A DNA stretch of 64,000 bases from Antedon mediterranea (Eukaryota > Animalia > Echinodermata): the NCBI RefSeq assembly GCF_964355755.1, contig NC_092670.1, forward strand, positions 6,252,201 through 6,316,200. Direction: 5' to 3'. Shown here piece by piece: positions 26,201 through 41,200 of the stretch (position 1 is the first letter of the stretch; each line of letters opens with the position of its first letter). Position numbers and translations under genes: made by a program. The notes beneath the pieces are model-generated. The model saw nothing but the letters and a program-made list of their open reading frames with translations. It had not been told where the DNA came from and ran no database searches.

Positions 26201-29200
26201 TGTCACGAATCTGCTGCCAAGAAAATAAGGCAATTATTCTACTATTGGACCGACTATTTGCTCGCAGGTGAAATGTTCTTGAATATGATCAATGTTTCAG
26301 GCACCTTTTTAATCCTGGTTAAAAAGGAAAATGTAATTAATGTATTTTTCTCTAGGCAAATTGTGGGCGATGACAAGGAACTAAATAAAAGTATTTTCGT
26401 GGAAGCTTCAGTGACTGCCTAAAGGCTTGAACGTACGACCTAATGATTGAAAGCAATGAGACTTTACTAGTAAACCAGATGCTTATAAATACTTCAACAA
26501 TATATCATTTCTTTTGTTTGTAATTCTCATAAAGAAAGATTGTTTGGGAAAAAATGCTTACTGCAGTCAACTAATTAATTTAAATCAACTTTAGATAAAC
26601 AAAAAGAACCATTACCATAAGAACCACAGAATAGCTTCAGATAAAATCAAACTAGGTAGCTAGCTCAAAATAAATCAACATTAACACATATTGAGAATTC
26701 ATCATTTCGATTTATATTGTATTCTTGAAAATGATCAAATAGATCGAAATGTCAAAACTGCACTTTTTGCTCATTTGAAACATCAGGAAACTGCTAAGAG
26801 GTCTAGCATAGTAGTAATACTAGTAGCCATGGGAGAAACACTTCATGCTATTTTCAACTAGAGACGAGCAATGAAACTGCTAGTAAACAGGCCTAACTAT
26901 AACTTTTTTTATTTATTTTCATTACCTAGGATAGGTTAAAGTCTATCCCTTCTTCAGTTGCTTTACACTTCTATTGGTGGCCCTATTTGCAAAAACCACC
27001 CTTTAAAAAACCTGGCTATAAGATTGGTGTCATTGTTCAAACGACATTTACATTGGAATGAGGACAAATTTGGATATGAGGTCTCAAAGGCTAAGCCTTA
27101 AATTGTATTCTCATTAAATTATAATACAAAGTGATATTAATTATGAATGCAGGAGGAGACAGTTTGCTGTCAAAGTTACAAATTAATAAACATAAAATAA
27201 TCAAATATTTACTACTAAATTAAAAATTGATTTGTAGTAATATAGACAAGAGTTTGCAGTTCTAGGCCTACTTTGTTTTATTTTTGTATTGATATAAAAA
27301 AATCATGAACAATGGTCAAGGCTTGTGTTATTAATATATTAAATATATCACCTTCATTCAATAAGTGTGCCACTGTTTCAAAAGTGTAGCTTCAAAATAA
27401 ATTATTATTATATTAGCGTAGAGAATAGGCCTAGATATAAATGGTTATGAGTATGCTCTTTGAATTGTTAAACAAGACTAGATAATGTAGAACATGTTAA
27501 AACAATTATGGGCATTGCATGTTACAAGAGCAACAGATATATTGTACTGTAATTCTGTGAGATTAAATGTATACTGAAACAATTGCAAGCAATGTTCAGT
27601 GAATTTGTATATTAGTTCTCAATGCGTGTTATCAAACATAATTCAATGCCCATGTTGCTATGTTAGAACAGTCCTTTTGCTGGTATGCAATACACAGGCA
27701 CGGTTATTATTAGATGCTATCCAGGAAAGAGTGAAAATTTCACCTGTATTGCCTAGCTCAACCATGTCATTTGTATGTTTTTAAGACCAAGCAGAAGTGC
27801 TAGTGAGTGAGCTACAGAGAAAATTCTCTTTATGTGTACAGGCTCATTGGAAAATTCTCTTAAATATCGCCATATTTTATTTATGAATAGTTATGACAGC
27901 ACATTGGTATGAAAGGAACAAAGTAAAAACAGCATTACAGCATATTTTGTTTATTTATATTTTTAAAGGTATTTATACATCAATGCTTACAGCATATTAC
28001 GATTTACTGTAATGCAAAAATCAATAAGTTCAAATTGTCAATTGGGAACAGTATGATTAAGAGAAGATAAGTATGAAAATTACTTAAGCTAAGTCAATAA
28101 ATATTGAATTGAGAAGTTAATAAAGTGTGAAATTAATTTGTCAGAAGGGAAGATTTTTTAGAATATAAGGAAAATAATGTGTTAAATGGTAAGTTAGTTA
28201 AAATGTAAATGTAAAAATAAATTACATCAATAACAATTTTATTAGGAAATAACTTTTAAAACACCGCGCTATACTTATAGTAGTGGATACTGTGTGCAGG
28301 TGTGGATGGAAATACTCCATGAATTTTCCAACCCATCAACCCTACAGATTAAATTGTATGGAGCTACTGTGATATTCAAATTGAAACATCCTTCCCTCAC
28401 CAGTGAAAGCTGTAATCACTATAAAAAGTGTTATTATGTTTACTCTGATTAGCCCTGGGCTCTCACTTTACGCTATCGCCATGCATTAGCCAGGCTTCTG
28501 ATGAATGGCACATGATGGAAATTAGCTTTGAATAGCTACCATGTCCTTTCACTTGGAGTTTAAGGAGCTACCATGTCCTTCTACTTAAGTTTTAAGGGGC
28601 TACCATGTCCTTCCACTTGGGTTTTAAAAGGCTACCATGTCCTTCCACTTGGGTTTTAAGAGGCTACCACTTGTCCAATGACTAGTTCAGTAAGTCCCAT
28701 AATATTTGAACAGAAAGCAGTTTTAGTTTTTAAAATTGCTAGGGTCAAGTACAACTTTAGCATCTTAGCACATAAAAACAACTCTTTATTTTAGACATCA
28801 AAGCAAAACTGGTTCCTACCTACCTCGCATTACTATAAATCCAGCCAACACAAAACAAAAACAGTATACAATTAAACAGTTAAGAAATTTAGTAACATAA
28901 AATCTGTGTTAATACACTGAATAACAATACTACAAAAGGTAAAAAAGGTCAAAGTTTAAACAATATTAAGCTAAAGATTAAAATAAATCAATTAACTAAG
29001 TGTTACAGTAGAAACGACAAAAGCTGTACAGTAATTCAATATAAAGCTGAAATATTCTCACAACACATGCACATTTGTTATTAATGAACTAAGCTCTACA
29101 GTAGAACAAGAATTAGAAGTGGAAATTTCTTGAAAAATCATACATTATCATTTCTAAAAAATGTTCAGATTAAAGTACTGTAGTTAGAAGGGTTTTAAAA

Positions 29201-32200
29201 TCTGATAACATTCTCAAATTTTAAGAAAAAGAATACACTACATTAGGGTCAAGGAGGATAACTATGATTCCGTGCCCATCTATGTTTAACATCAAGAAAA
29301 CATTAGCAACAAGGGTTTTATAGGTACTGAGGACAAACATTTCAGCTTTGGTTGGCCTACCAACATGGATTATTTCAAATACTACTCCAGATATGGAACT
29401 GCCATCATATTACTACACTAAAAAATAAAATTTTATTTATTGTATTCAAACTGCTTTTGTCCAGGGGTTAGAGAAATTTGTTTTTCTTAATGACAAATAA
29501 TTAATTAATATAGAACCACATGGTATCTTTTTATATAATAAAAAAACATTTTAAATATATTATAACTGTATTATTTAGTTTAAAACTTCATCAAGGTCTA
29601 ACTCTATTCATTATGTTAATAGCTGTTTGACGTGTTAAATCAGGGAGGTATAAAAATAAATAGCGTTTAAAATCATGCGGTACGTTATCCTTTTGCGTAA
29701 TTACCTGGGTACCTGATGTTAGTAGAATGTTCACGTTGTTAATGTCTATTAATCACCAACCTCTCTTTCTCAAGAGACATATTTAAGAAGTTTTACGAGA
29801 AAATGTTAGTTTAACAGGCATAACTCTTAAAAACAAAGAAATTCATGCATTAGGACAAAAACATGCAGATACAAATATGGAATGAAGTGATTTGATTTTT
29901 CATGATAACTAGGATAACCTGACATGGCTGGTCAGGTGATTGGTCATGTGGTTTGCTAGCTGGGATCATACTGTAGAAGTAGGGGGATCTTTCATGAATT
30001 CAGTTTTTCAACTATAATTGGTTAAATTTGTTATATAAAAATTAACATATTAACATGAAAATAAAGATAAATATAATATAAATTATTTACAAAAAATAAA
30101 ACTTGAAGAGAAAAATAGTAGTGCAAAATAATAACATTTGAAATCTGAGGAAGTGGGCCGGAAATGGAAAAACCATGCACAGAACACAACATGCATTTCA
30201 CATTAAAACAAAATTGTAACCATGCAGGGAAGGATTAAACATGCATTTATTTGTTTGTACTTACTTCTCATGCTGCCATACTCTATGTGAAGTACTGAAG
30301 TAGTGAACGGAATAAATATATTCTTAGCATTTTTTTTAGATGTTACATGCAATAGTATCTGGTACATGCAGTGTATAAAACGCTGTGGACCTAGGTGCAC
30401 TATTTTTACTTAAGAATTGCCAAAACAGTGTCTCAATTTTGAAGATATTATTACAATAAATATAGCAATTATATATATATGTTAATATTAATAATAGTTA
30501 TTTAGAAAAAATAATCATTTAATAAGCATTGATTAATAATCTTACAATGTAGGCCTACCTGAAAAAAAAAACGAACATACTATCTGTATGAAGTCAATGT
30601 GTTTGAATGTAATTTAATTTTTATAGATATTATTTCTAACTATATTTTTTGTATTATATTCTATAAATAGAATGCAGGCATTGATATCCTTCAACTTCTG
30701 ATAGTGGCACAGTATAGCGGGAGAAAGATATACTGGTTGTAGAAAAGAACGAGAGCGAACCATTATGGTTATAGCTAGAAGCATTTTTTGCATGTAGAAG
30801 ACAAAGATACTGGTGATGAAGAACCATTGTGAAACATTATGGTTCTATAGCTAGAAGGCAAGCATTCGATCCTTTCAATAGTGGAACTATTTAGAATGAG
30901 AAAGATACTGGTGAAGAAGAGGAACCATTGTGAAACATTAAGGTTCTATAGCTTGAAGGCAATCATTTGATCCATTCACTTTGAATAGTGGCACTATTTA
31001 CTATGAGAAAGATACTGGAGAAGAAGAGGAACCATTGTGAAACATTATGGTTCTATAGCTTGAAGGCAAGCATTCGATCGTTTCACTTCAAATAGTGGCA
31101 CTATTTACTACGACAAAGATACTGGAGAATAAGGGCAACCATGGTGAACCATTTTGGTTCTATAGCTAGGAGACAAGCACTTCAAATAGTGGCACTATTT
31201 AGATTGGGAAAGATACTGGAGAAGAAGGGCAACCATGGTGAACCATTTTGGTTCTATAGCTAGAAGACAAGCACTTCAAATAGTGGCACTATTTAGATTG
31301 GGAAAGATACTGGAGAAGAAGGGCAACCATGGTGAACCATTTTGGTTATATAGCTAGGAGACAAGCACTTCAAATAGTGGCACTATTTAGATTGGGAAAG
31401 ATACTGGAGAAGAAGGGCAACCATGGTGAACCATTTTGGTTATATAGCTAGGAGAAAAGCACTTCAAATAGTGGCACTATTTAGATTGGGAAAGATACTG
31501 GAGAAGAAGGGCAACCATGGTGAACCATTTTGGTTATATAGCTAGGAGACAAGCACTTCAAATAGTGGCACTATTTATATTGGGAAAGATACTGGAGAAG
31601 AAGGTCAACCATATTGAGCCATTTTGGTTCTATAGCTAGAAGACAAGCATTTGATCGTTTCACTTCAAATAGTGGCACTACTGTATTAACTATGAAATAA
31701 AGATATTAGTGAAGAATAACCATAGTGGACCATGGTTCTATAGCTACCATAGATAGAAAGCAAGCAATTAATACTCCTACCATAAATTTATGGGTACATT
31801 TATGAAACTTTCAGGAAGTTTCAGGGAGGTCAACAGATAATTCCAAACAAATTTGTAGGGTACACGTCACAGGCCCTTGGCACTGTGTATTTTAGAAAAC
31901 ACAGGATCTATGCAATTTAGCTAAGCTAACTAGAAAAAAATTTTAGACTTTAACCTTGCAATGTGGGATGAGCATAGATCATGTATATTTATACAGTAAC
32001 ACTGTCTAAAAGCGCAGTTGACTAGATGTCGCATTCAACAACTTTCATCTCCCCTAAGGATCCCTTCGTGTCAAACAGCTGCCACCAAACGGCGCTCATT
32101 CGTCTGTCCACAAAAACACCAAGTATCGATTCTGTGACAAATTGACGAAAAAAGGTGGGGAACTTATCTATAAATTGTCTAGCCATATGATACTCATTTA

Positions 32201-35200
32201 GTGCATGTACTTTATTGTTATTAAATCTTTGCTAACCTGGGTTCAACAACTCGGTCGCAAACTGATCAGGATATAAAATATCACACAAAGTAATTACATT
32301 TGAGATTAAATTGAGTTTAATGTGAACAGACGAATTGCCATTTATTATATGTCATAATGCAAGATTTAGTTGAGTACAGGGATAAATCACTGGCTTACGT
32401 ACACTGTCAAACTGCATTAAGGTCTGGTTCAAATCAGAGCGTGATGCTATCAATAGTATGCACGTATGTAAAAACAGTCTAATATCTTTAACAAATTTTA
32501 ATAAAACATTTGTTTTCATTTGTAAAGGTATCTTTGATTTAATAATTTAATAATAACCCGGCCCTCCATAGATAATTTGAACTATTTGTAATATTTTGCT
32601 TTGTGAGGGGTCTGATTGCGACAAGTTTATTACTTGTAAACCAGATCCTCACCAAAAAAAAAAGGGGGGGGGGGGTGGAATGTTATATTAAAATGTTGTA
32701 TATTTATGGTACTATATTACACTTGTTTTTTCTCCTTGGTTAAATAAATATATTAAGCTATTACCTCTATTAAGTAGACACTTTCCCATGAAATAAATAA
32801 GCGACAATATGCTATTTTAATACTACGGTACACCCTTATCGAGACACAGTCTTAGGTACCAAAGGTGTCCAATTATCGGTGTTCTTGTAATGATCTTTGA
32901 TTTTTTATCAATGCCTCAACATTTATTGGCTGGATAGTGTTCATACAGTACACTCTAATTAGCTAAATTTTGGTTCAAATAGTAAAATTACCAATTTTAT
33001 GACATTTCTATCATAATCATCTTTACACATATTTCACAATTATATATGCACATATATATTGTGTTCATCGTTGGATGGCGTCGTAAAAGTTTGATCAGAA
33101 TATAAAGCTCTGTGTATACTATCAAACTAATAGTGTTAGTTAGTGTTATTTGCCCAAGTACTGTATGGTATTGATATGATGACATCATCGTGTCTATATA
33201 TGGGCACATCAAATTTTTTGTCACATAAAGTTTGATAGTTAGTGTGGACAAAGCTCAAGAGGCGCTGATATTGCTGTGTAAATTTATATGTTTTAATACA
33301 ACCATCAATTATTATCTTATGGTTTCATAAACCAAGTTGAAAAAAAGGATAGTATATAATTTATAGAAAAAAAATCACCGAAAATATTTGCAGTTTGGTT
33401 GTCCGCTTTACTTTTTTTGTTTAGATTTTTGCTAGTTGAATAGTTTCAACAAATAAGAATTGAGTCAATAAAATTATCTTCTGCATATATTTTTATACTG
33501 GATTCAAGGTTCTTCCTAATACAAATATAAAACCATAAGTAGATCTTGAAGACGTTATTACTAGTTACTATTCCAGTAATAAAGAAATAATCTAACCAAA
33601 ATTGTTTTTAGAATTAATATTCATTATTTGGCAATACAATTTCTGAAAATTGTTTTATAAGATAAGAAAATTTTTATGGAATGAAAATATCAAAAGAGAC
33701 GATGTATATGGAAAAACTATAACTAAATTACTTGCAATAATATATCAATAATCTATTGTAATGACCAAATTGTAATATATATAATATATAATAATATATA
33801 TATATAGTCTACTGTATTTTTTCTAAAAAAATATTAGTGTATTATTTATCACTACCATATAAATCTTAAATGTTTTCCAAAATGTTTGTTTCTGTTTTCA
33901 TAGTTTTATTTAACGCTATTATTTTCTTGGTTCATGTATTTTATATATATTTATTTCTTACAAATCGTGGGTGAATTTTTTTAACAAAACTGAATTGAAT
34001 TAAAATAAAAATAAAAATACAAACACAAATAAACTATAAAGGAAAGTATATTATTTAAATCACTGGTTATGCCAAAATAAAAATGTAAAATAAAAAAAAA
34101 ATGAATGTAACATTTAAAAAAAACAGATACTGATCATATTTCTAGTGCATACTGGTAACACCTAATATCATTTACTTTTTTTTCAATCAATTTATGCAAA
34201 AAATGTACTTAATGTTTTAATGCTAAAGGGCATTTTTCATTTTAAAAATCCGGGTAGGTTCATTTAGCAGGGAAAAAAGTCACATAAGATTTGCATTTAA
34301 ATGAAGTTATTTAGAAATCATATATTTCAATTCTATTGAGGACTGAAGTTCACAGAAGTTATCTTTCATACAAATTTGTAATTTTGAGAATCTTAGAAAA
34401 CCTCACGACTTTTAAAGTAAAAAAACAAAGTTATAGCTTCAGATGTTAGATAATGATAAATGTTCAAGCAAAAATGTTATTTGTGATTGTTATATTTAAC
34501 ATTAATATAATCTAATTATAAATATATATATATAATTATCCATTTAATTATATTATTATTTCATTACCATAAACCTTAATCATATTATATCTCTTGACCT
34601 TTGACGTTATACTAAAGATTTACAAATAGTTTCTTTCCAGGAGGTATTATAGCCTTAAACATCATGTAATGTTTTTGTTTTTGAGTTTGTGTCGTGTCGT
34701 GTCCGTTGGATATTGTGCTCCGCCAACAGAGCAAACAGAATTTCTATGTTTTTTTTTCTTAAAACAAATGACAATACTATGATACTTGACTTGACTTGAA
34801 GAGAAGCTAATCCCTGCACAACTGAAAATACAGGACTTATCTAGCTCTCCTGTTCACATCATCTCTATCCATTGTTTATATAGATGTTTTAATATTGATG
34901 TTAAAGCTTGGCAACAGAAGTATGTAAGCGCACACCGCAAGTACTAAAATTCCAATGCTAGCAATACATTTTTAAAAAGTGATGAATATTCATAAAAAAA
35001 ATGTTTGGGCTACAGTAGTGAACACCAGGATCAAGAAAAATTGTGTAAGTATATAAGAAAAAGTTTTTTAATCAAAACAAAACAAATCAAATTTGTTAAA
35101 ACTAGAGATGTTCAATTCGTGTTTAGGCAAACTTTAAAGGCATGGAGATATTTTTTTTGTTTCGTTCACTGTTATTAGATTATATTACCAAAAAGATAAA

Positions 35201-38200
35201 AATGTTTTGTAGAAGAAAAATACTACAACATAATTTCAAAATAATAAGTATAAAATGTTAATAAAAATAGTAAAGTATACAGTAGTTTTTTTTTTTTTAT
35301 AGTAATAACAAAAATAGATCATTATAATAATCATTATTTTAGTACAGTATTATTACTGTGTGATTCAAATATAAACAAAATTAGCAAATGTGCTCTGTTC
35401 TATGTGATGAGTTAATCACATCCAGTCATTAAATCACACTCACTAAGTCATTAAATCACACCTTAGTATTAAAAAAATGATGAAATACTTACGGTGTTCT
35501 TAAAATCATTCTCATCATTGCGTCCGGTCCCATCTGAACCAGCATTAATAGAACTTCTTGAAATTCCTCATCAGCTTCTCGTTTATCTTCAGTTGTTGGG
35601 ATCGTACTATTGCCTTCGTCGTCCTCTCTGAAACGGTAGAAAAGTTCCCTATCACGGAATGGATGCTCCCAACAAACTGTAAAGAAAATAATAGTTATAT
35701 TGCTAAAAATAGCTTTCCAATTTACATAATATTATACAACATTCAACTTTAATTTCAATTTTAACATAAAAAACACATTATGGATTAATGTTTAATGTAA
35801 GAATGTAACTTATATAAATGGATTTGAAATTTCAGACTCTGACCAATCTCAAAATAATTTAACAATTTTATTGAATACGTATTGAAATTCAATACAAGTA
35901 GGAATAAAAATAGAAAACATTGAAAATATTTGATTTTATATCTTATTCTACTTTAAAAAAATGTATTTATGTGATACAGAAATATATGTGTCAGCCTTTA
36001 ATAAGTTACAAAAGTAAGGCACACTAAAGTTTCTCAAAAGGTATTCTACGTAAAGTTATAACACATATTATAATGCACCTGAATATATACTTTTACAGTG
36101 GAAACATAAGTGGATCATTTTGATTTATTAATATTTGCATATCACAATACATGTGTTACGGTCCGCTGAGACATACAAAACAATGACATATTAAATATAT
36201 TACGGACTTGTCTAGAATATTAGTACTCCTATAATATAACAGTAATAACTATTATAGGAGATACAATATTTTACGAACTGACTAGATTATTAGGTACCCC
36301 GGGATCGATCGTACCCCCTATAATATAACAGATACAATATATTACGGACTGTCTAGAATATTAGGTACCCCGGGACAGATCGCACCCCCTATAATATAAC
36401 AGTAATAACTATCAATCATAAGAGATACAATATATTACGGACTGTCTAGAATATTAGGTACCCCGTGACAGATGGCACCCCTATATAATAACAGTAATAC
36501 AATATATTCTGGTAAAAGTTTGATCACACACACTCTGCTTTCTATAGACATTTTGAAAAATGTTGTTTGACATGAGGCTTTTTGTATGTATACAACCAAC
36601 GTCGGATTATGAATCCATGAGTTGAAAGTTTCACACTCATGCTGTCAATGATAAATTGCAAATTTCATCCATCCATCACCCTATATTTTTTGCCTTAATG
36701 TTTCTCTACAAGTTTATCAAAACATTTTTATTAGAAATGAACTATCATTTTTTAGTTCTTCTCATCATACACATCACCATATTTATTAATAAACATCACT
36801 GATTCAGTTGTCACAAAATATAATTTCATTTGAATTGCCTCAATCATAATTTAATAGTAGATATTTTTATAATGAATTACGTTAGTTTTCTAATGATATT
36901 TCATATTATTTTAGTCTAAAAAATAAGAAAGTTTTATGAATGAACATTATGATTACTAAATTATTGCTTGATGCCATTGCCACAATCATTTTATCTGTGT
37001 ATGGTTCAATGGTAATATTTAATTAAGATACAAAAAAAAAAGTTTTGTATACAGGTACACTTGGTTGGTAAAATGTTTATACTCTATTTATGTTCGTAAT
37101 CCCCAGTTGTATTTTTGTCTGCTCATGCATTATGAATTTGAAATGAGTTTATTAAGATACTATTTTTATTATTATTCAATATTAGTTTATAGTTAAAATT
37201 AAAAAAAAAAAATTTTTGAAATTGTGTAATGACAACTATGCTAACATTTTTATATAGCATTATTGTTAATGTGATAAAATTGTATACCATTATGCATAAT
37301 TATCAACAGATAGTTTAACGATAAATCAAATCATTACCCTGCAGACACTTCCAACTTTTAAAAAACAAAATGTCATAATTTGCTCAAGTTAGCCTTTCTT
37401 ATTATTATTATTTCTCATCACACATAATTCTTCAGTGTTTTTATACTTCTCATCAGCGTGCTAAAATGTGTGTATAAAGTGCAAGTATAAAAATATTTTT
37501 TTTAAAAAACAAAACCACAAATTTTTGCTTTGATAATATTATCTCAAGTTATTCTTTTTATTGATTTCATTTCATTCATGTCATTTTCTTTATTTTTCAT
37601 TTCTTTCATTTTCTTAATTTTTCATTTCTTTCATTTTCTTTTATATAAGACAACAGCAACCAGAGAGCATGAGTGAAAAAACAAAAAGAATCAAGAATTG
37701 TGAAATATAACCTTTAGCTAGGGAATAAAACATCATTGAAAGTAATTGTAATTTTTTTTTAAATAAATTACTCACTAGTTAAATAATAATCTGTTTATTT
37801 ATATATGCTTCATGGTCCAATTTAAAAAAAACAAGATTAATAATAATAATATGATAAAATTCACAATAATCATCTCATCATCTTTCATTTTTTGGCTTTT
37901 GACGTTGTTTTTAAATGAATAGTGTTCTTTTACACAATTTGGCCATCTGGTAATTATTATATTATTATTTTTAAAATAAAGAGAATATACATTCTTTGTC
38001 ATCTTTTATATCTCACATATCACATATGTCTTTATCATTTCTCCTTTAATCAATTTGATGAATGACCTGACACCTAATATTTTTGTAATAAACGAAATAT
38101 ACATTCATCATAATCATCAAAGAAGATTTATCATTGCATTACTATATTACTTTGAGTTATGATTATGTTGTCACTGCCAGTTATATGCATATAAATAGCC

Positions 38201-41200
38201 AACGTTAAGATGATGAATGAGCTTTACTGGGCTAATTAAGGGCCTGTCAGTATACAGAGTTTTGTATCGTACGCAGCAACGCATAACCCACGCATAACTC
38301 TCTAAAGTATGAAGTACTAGGAAAAGTATAAGTCACCTCTTACAATACTGAACTTTCGTTCGTTATGAAAAGCTCAAGGTACAACGCTTATGATAAGAAA
38401 ATATATAAAAACTGTACAAACAAATCTACAGGTCACTGATACACATTTAATACACAAAACATACATCACTAGATACAACAATGTTGTGTTTCCTTCCAAG
38501 AGATTGTCCTATACATTGTATATAAAGTGAGTGAGTAATCCATCCATCTATCAGCAAGGGTTAAAGGCTCACTCGTTCCATGGTTCTGGTGGTATAACCA
38601 GTCTTCTCAGAGGATAAGGTCTATAAACCGTAGATCCAGTGTACACAAATGCTTGTGTGCACTTAAAGAACCTGTACATCTTTAAAAAAACGAGTAAAGG
38701 GTTACTCCGGTGTACTGTACTAGGTCACACGTCCACTGTCAGACGAATGAGCGCTAGAATTGGCAGCACTGAGATGATGTATTATGTAGTTGAAAAGTGT
38801 AACATCTAAGTCCACAGCGCCATGAGCAGTGATCGTTGGAATGTCGCTACATAAATTGAAATTATTAATATTATTAATTGAAATATACAAAAGATGTTTA
38901 TATTTTACCTTGTTTTACTAGATTAACAGTTGGTAATCACAACATAATAAAGATGGTTTGAAACGGTTTAATTGCTTGAACCCTTGACAAATCCACAATG
39001 ATCTATTTAGCTAAGTCAATAAGTAATTAAAGCTCACTTAAGTTCTACAACAAGCTCACTTCACGGACGCCAATCTTCTCCACACGAATGATAGAAATCT
39101 ATCACGCACTTCCCAACTAGACGAAAATCTTGCGGGCAAAGACCTGATTGATTAAATCTTCTACCTATCTCAAAATAATATCAATACTAATAAATAAACC
39201 CATGATACGAGTACATTAGGACATTGCTTTTAGAACTGGATGGATATTAGTAGTAAGAGACAAGGATCTCTGGGGACCTCTCCAATGAACCAATTACAGT
39301 GAAGTAATTAAATGTCGTTTGCCGATAGTGGTCGGTCATTCGATATGCTGTTAATAATATAGACTCTGGAGGCGGCATAAAAGCAGATCATGTTTAAATA
39401 GAATCTCAATAAAACAAAATGGTAATAGAGATTCCTAAAGTGATAAACTGAGCATGTTCAAAAGTTATTTGTCAAACAAATTTAGCATTCCAAATATGCC
39501 ACGACTTGGACGTAGGACTTTAATTATAGTGTGAAAGCGAAAAAGATTAAGGTCAATGGCTGCATTAGACTTAATCGTACAGAATCCAAGGTCAACGCCA
39601 ACGCCATAGGAACGTGCTAAACAAGCACCTTTTCAATATTTATAACACATAAGTGTGCCATTTAATTACTAGTTGATTGATTTATGTATCACATGCCTTG
39701 CATTATTTCGATCCATCCTAACGAATATGATAGGTTACATTGCACATTCATGTGGTACATTTAACATCAATATTTTGAGAAATATGACAAAAAATGGTGA
39801 CCATTGAGTCTTTGAAAACATGTGGATCTAGGATCTATAGTTTTCGACATTCACAGAAGTGGTGTGGTATATAAAAAATATTTTTTTTTTATATTTATGG
39901 AAATACAGTATTTTATTTGTTGAAGAAACTCGTGAAAATCTTTTCTATTTGTAGTTTATTCAATGTTTTATCCAACTTTATACAGTATATATTATTTTTA
40001 CATGTAAACAAATGAGTTAGAATGAACCGAAAACATTTTTGTTGTTCAACTATTTATCACAGACAATCTTTCAAAAGTTATTCATTTATTTATATTATAA
40101 TTTTTATTATTTTGCAATAGCAGGGAATTGTTAACAACTCCCTGGTATTAAATACTGCAGAACATGAAAACGTTTCACCAATCAAGGCCATCTAGAGAAA
40201 TCATAATGCCATTATAAATTGTTATAGTGAAAGTACAGAGACACTACCTTATATAATCAGGTACTTTATTCATCTGTATTTAAAAAAGGACATATATTAT
40301 ATTTAAAAACTCATTTGTGCAAAATAACATGAATTATTAAACTCAATAGCACATCATTATTGATCATCAAATTGTTATGCTCTACTAACTAATTGCTATA
40401 AATAAACATTACCTCTGTGTATAGTAACATCAAGAAATACATAATTAACTACAATACTGAAATTTATACGCTTCAATTCTACATTAGTGTCATTTTGTTT
40501 TTGTACTTGGGCAATATGATTTACACCTTACCCCTAGATGGGGCATTAAGCTGTTGGTTTCATGTACACAAAGGAATGGATGTTACGAATAAGAACATAC
40601 ATACACTATTCAAATGGATTGTTTTCATCTTCTTCACGCAGACATTGCTGCAATATTACTGTAAGCAAACCAGCATTATGGTCATAGCCCTATTCACACA
40701 GAAAGTAATTTTACTGAATAGCTTATTACTTTAATACTGGATAGAAAACGAATATTCACCAGAAACAGGTACATGCTTCGAGGGAGAAGTGGTTGAAATG
40801 GAGAAACCAAACTTTTCATAAACAGGCCTATAAACAAACTTGCCTAAAAACGTGGCAAATACAGGTGAGACGGGTGTTGACGAATAACATTCAAGAAGAA
40901 TTAACACTATATTACTACAATACATTAGAACCCAATTAACACACCCTTAATAAAGTGTGAACCATTTCTGCAAATTTTCAATGATAAAACCTTTTTGTTC
41001 ACTCTCCTTCTCAAAAGTCCTATAGACAAATATACTGTATACTGTCCACAAAATTCACTTCTAGGGATATTTTCTGACTAGGGGTAAGGCCCGAGTATAG
41101 CATACTACATAATATTGCCCCTTGTTCTTGGGAAAGTGTTTCCGTAATATCGGTGTTAATATCTTTTGTGGTGTTCTACTATAATAATGTTCAACTTTAG

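Noticed and set aside
30690-31770. CRISPR-like or coding repeat array
   Set aside because: Units are contiguous with no unique spacers, the 94-bp period is not a multiple of 3, and the context is eukaryotic.
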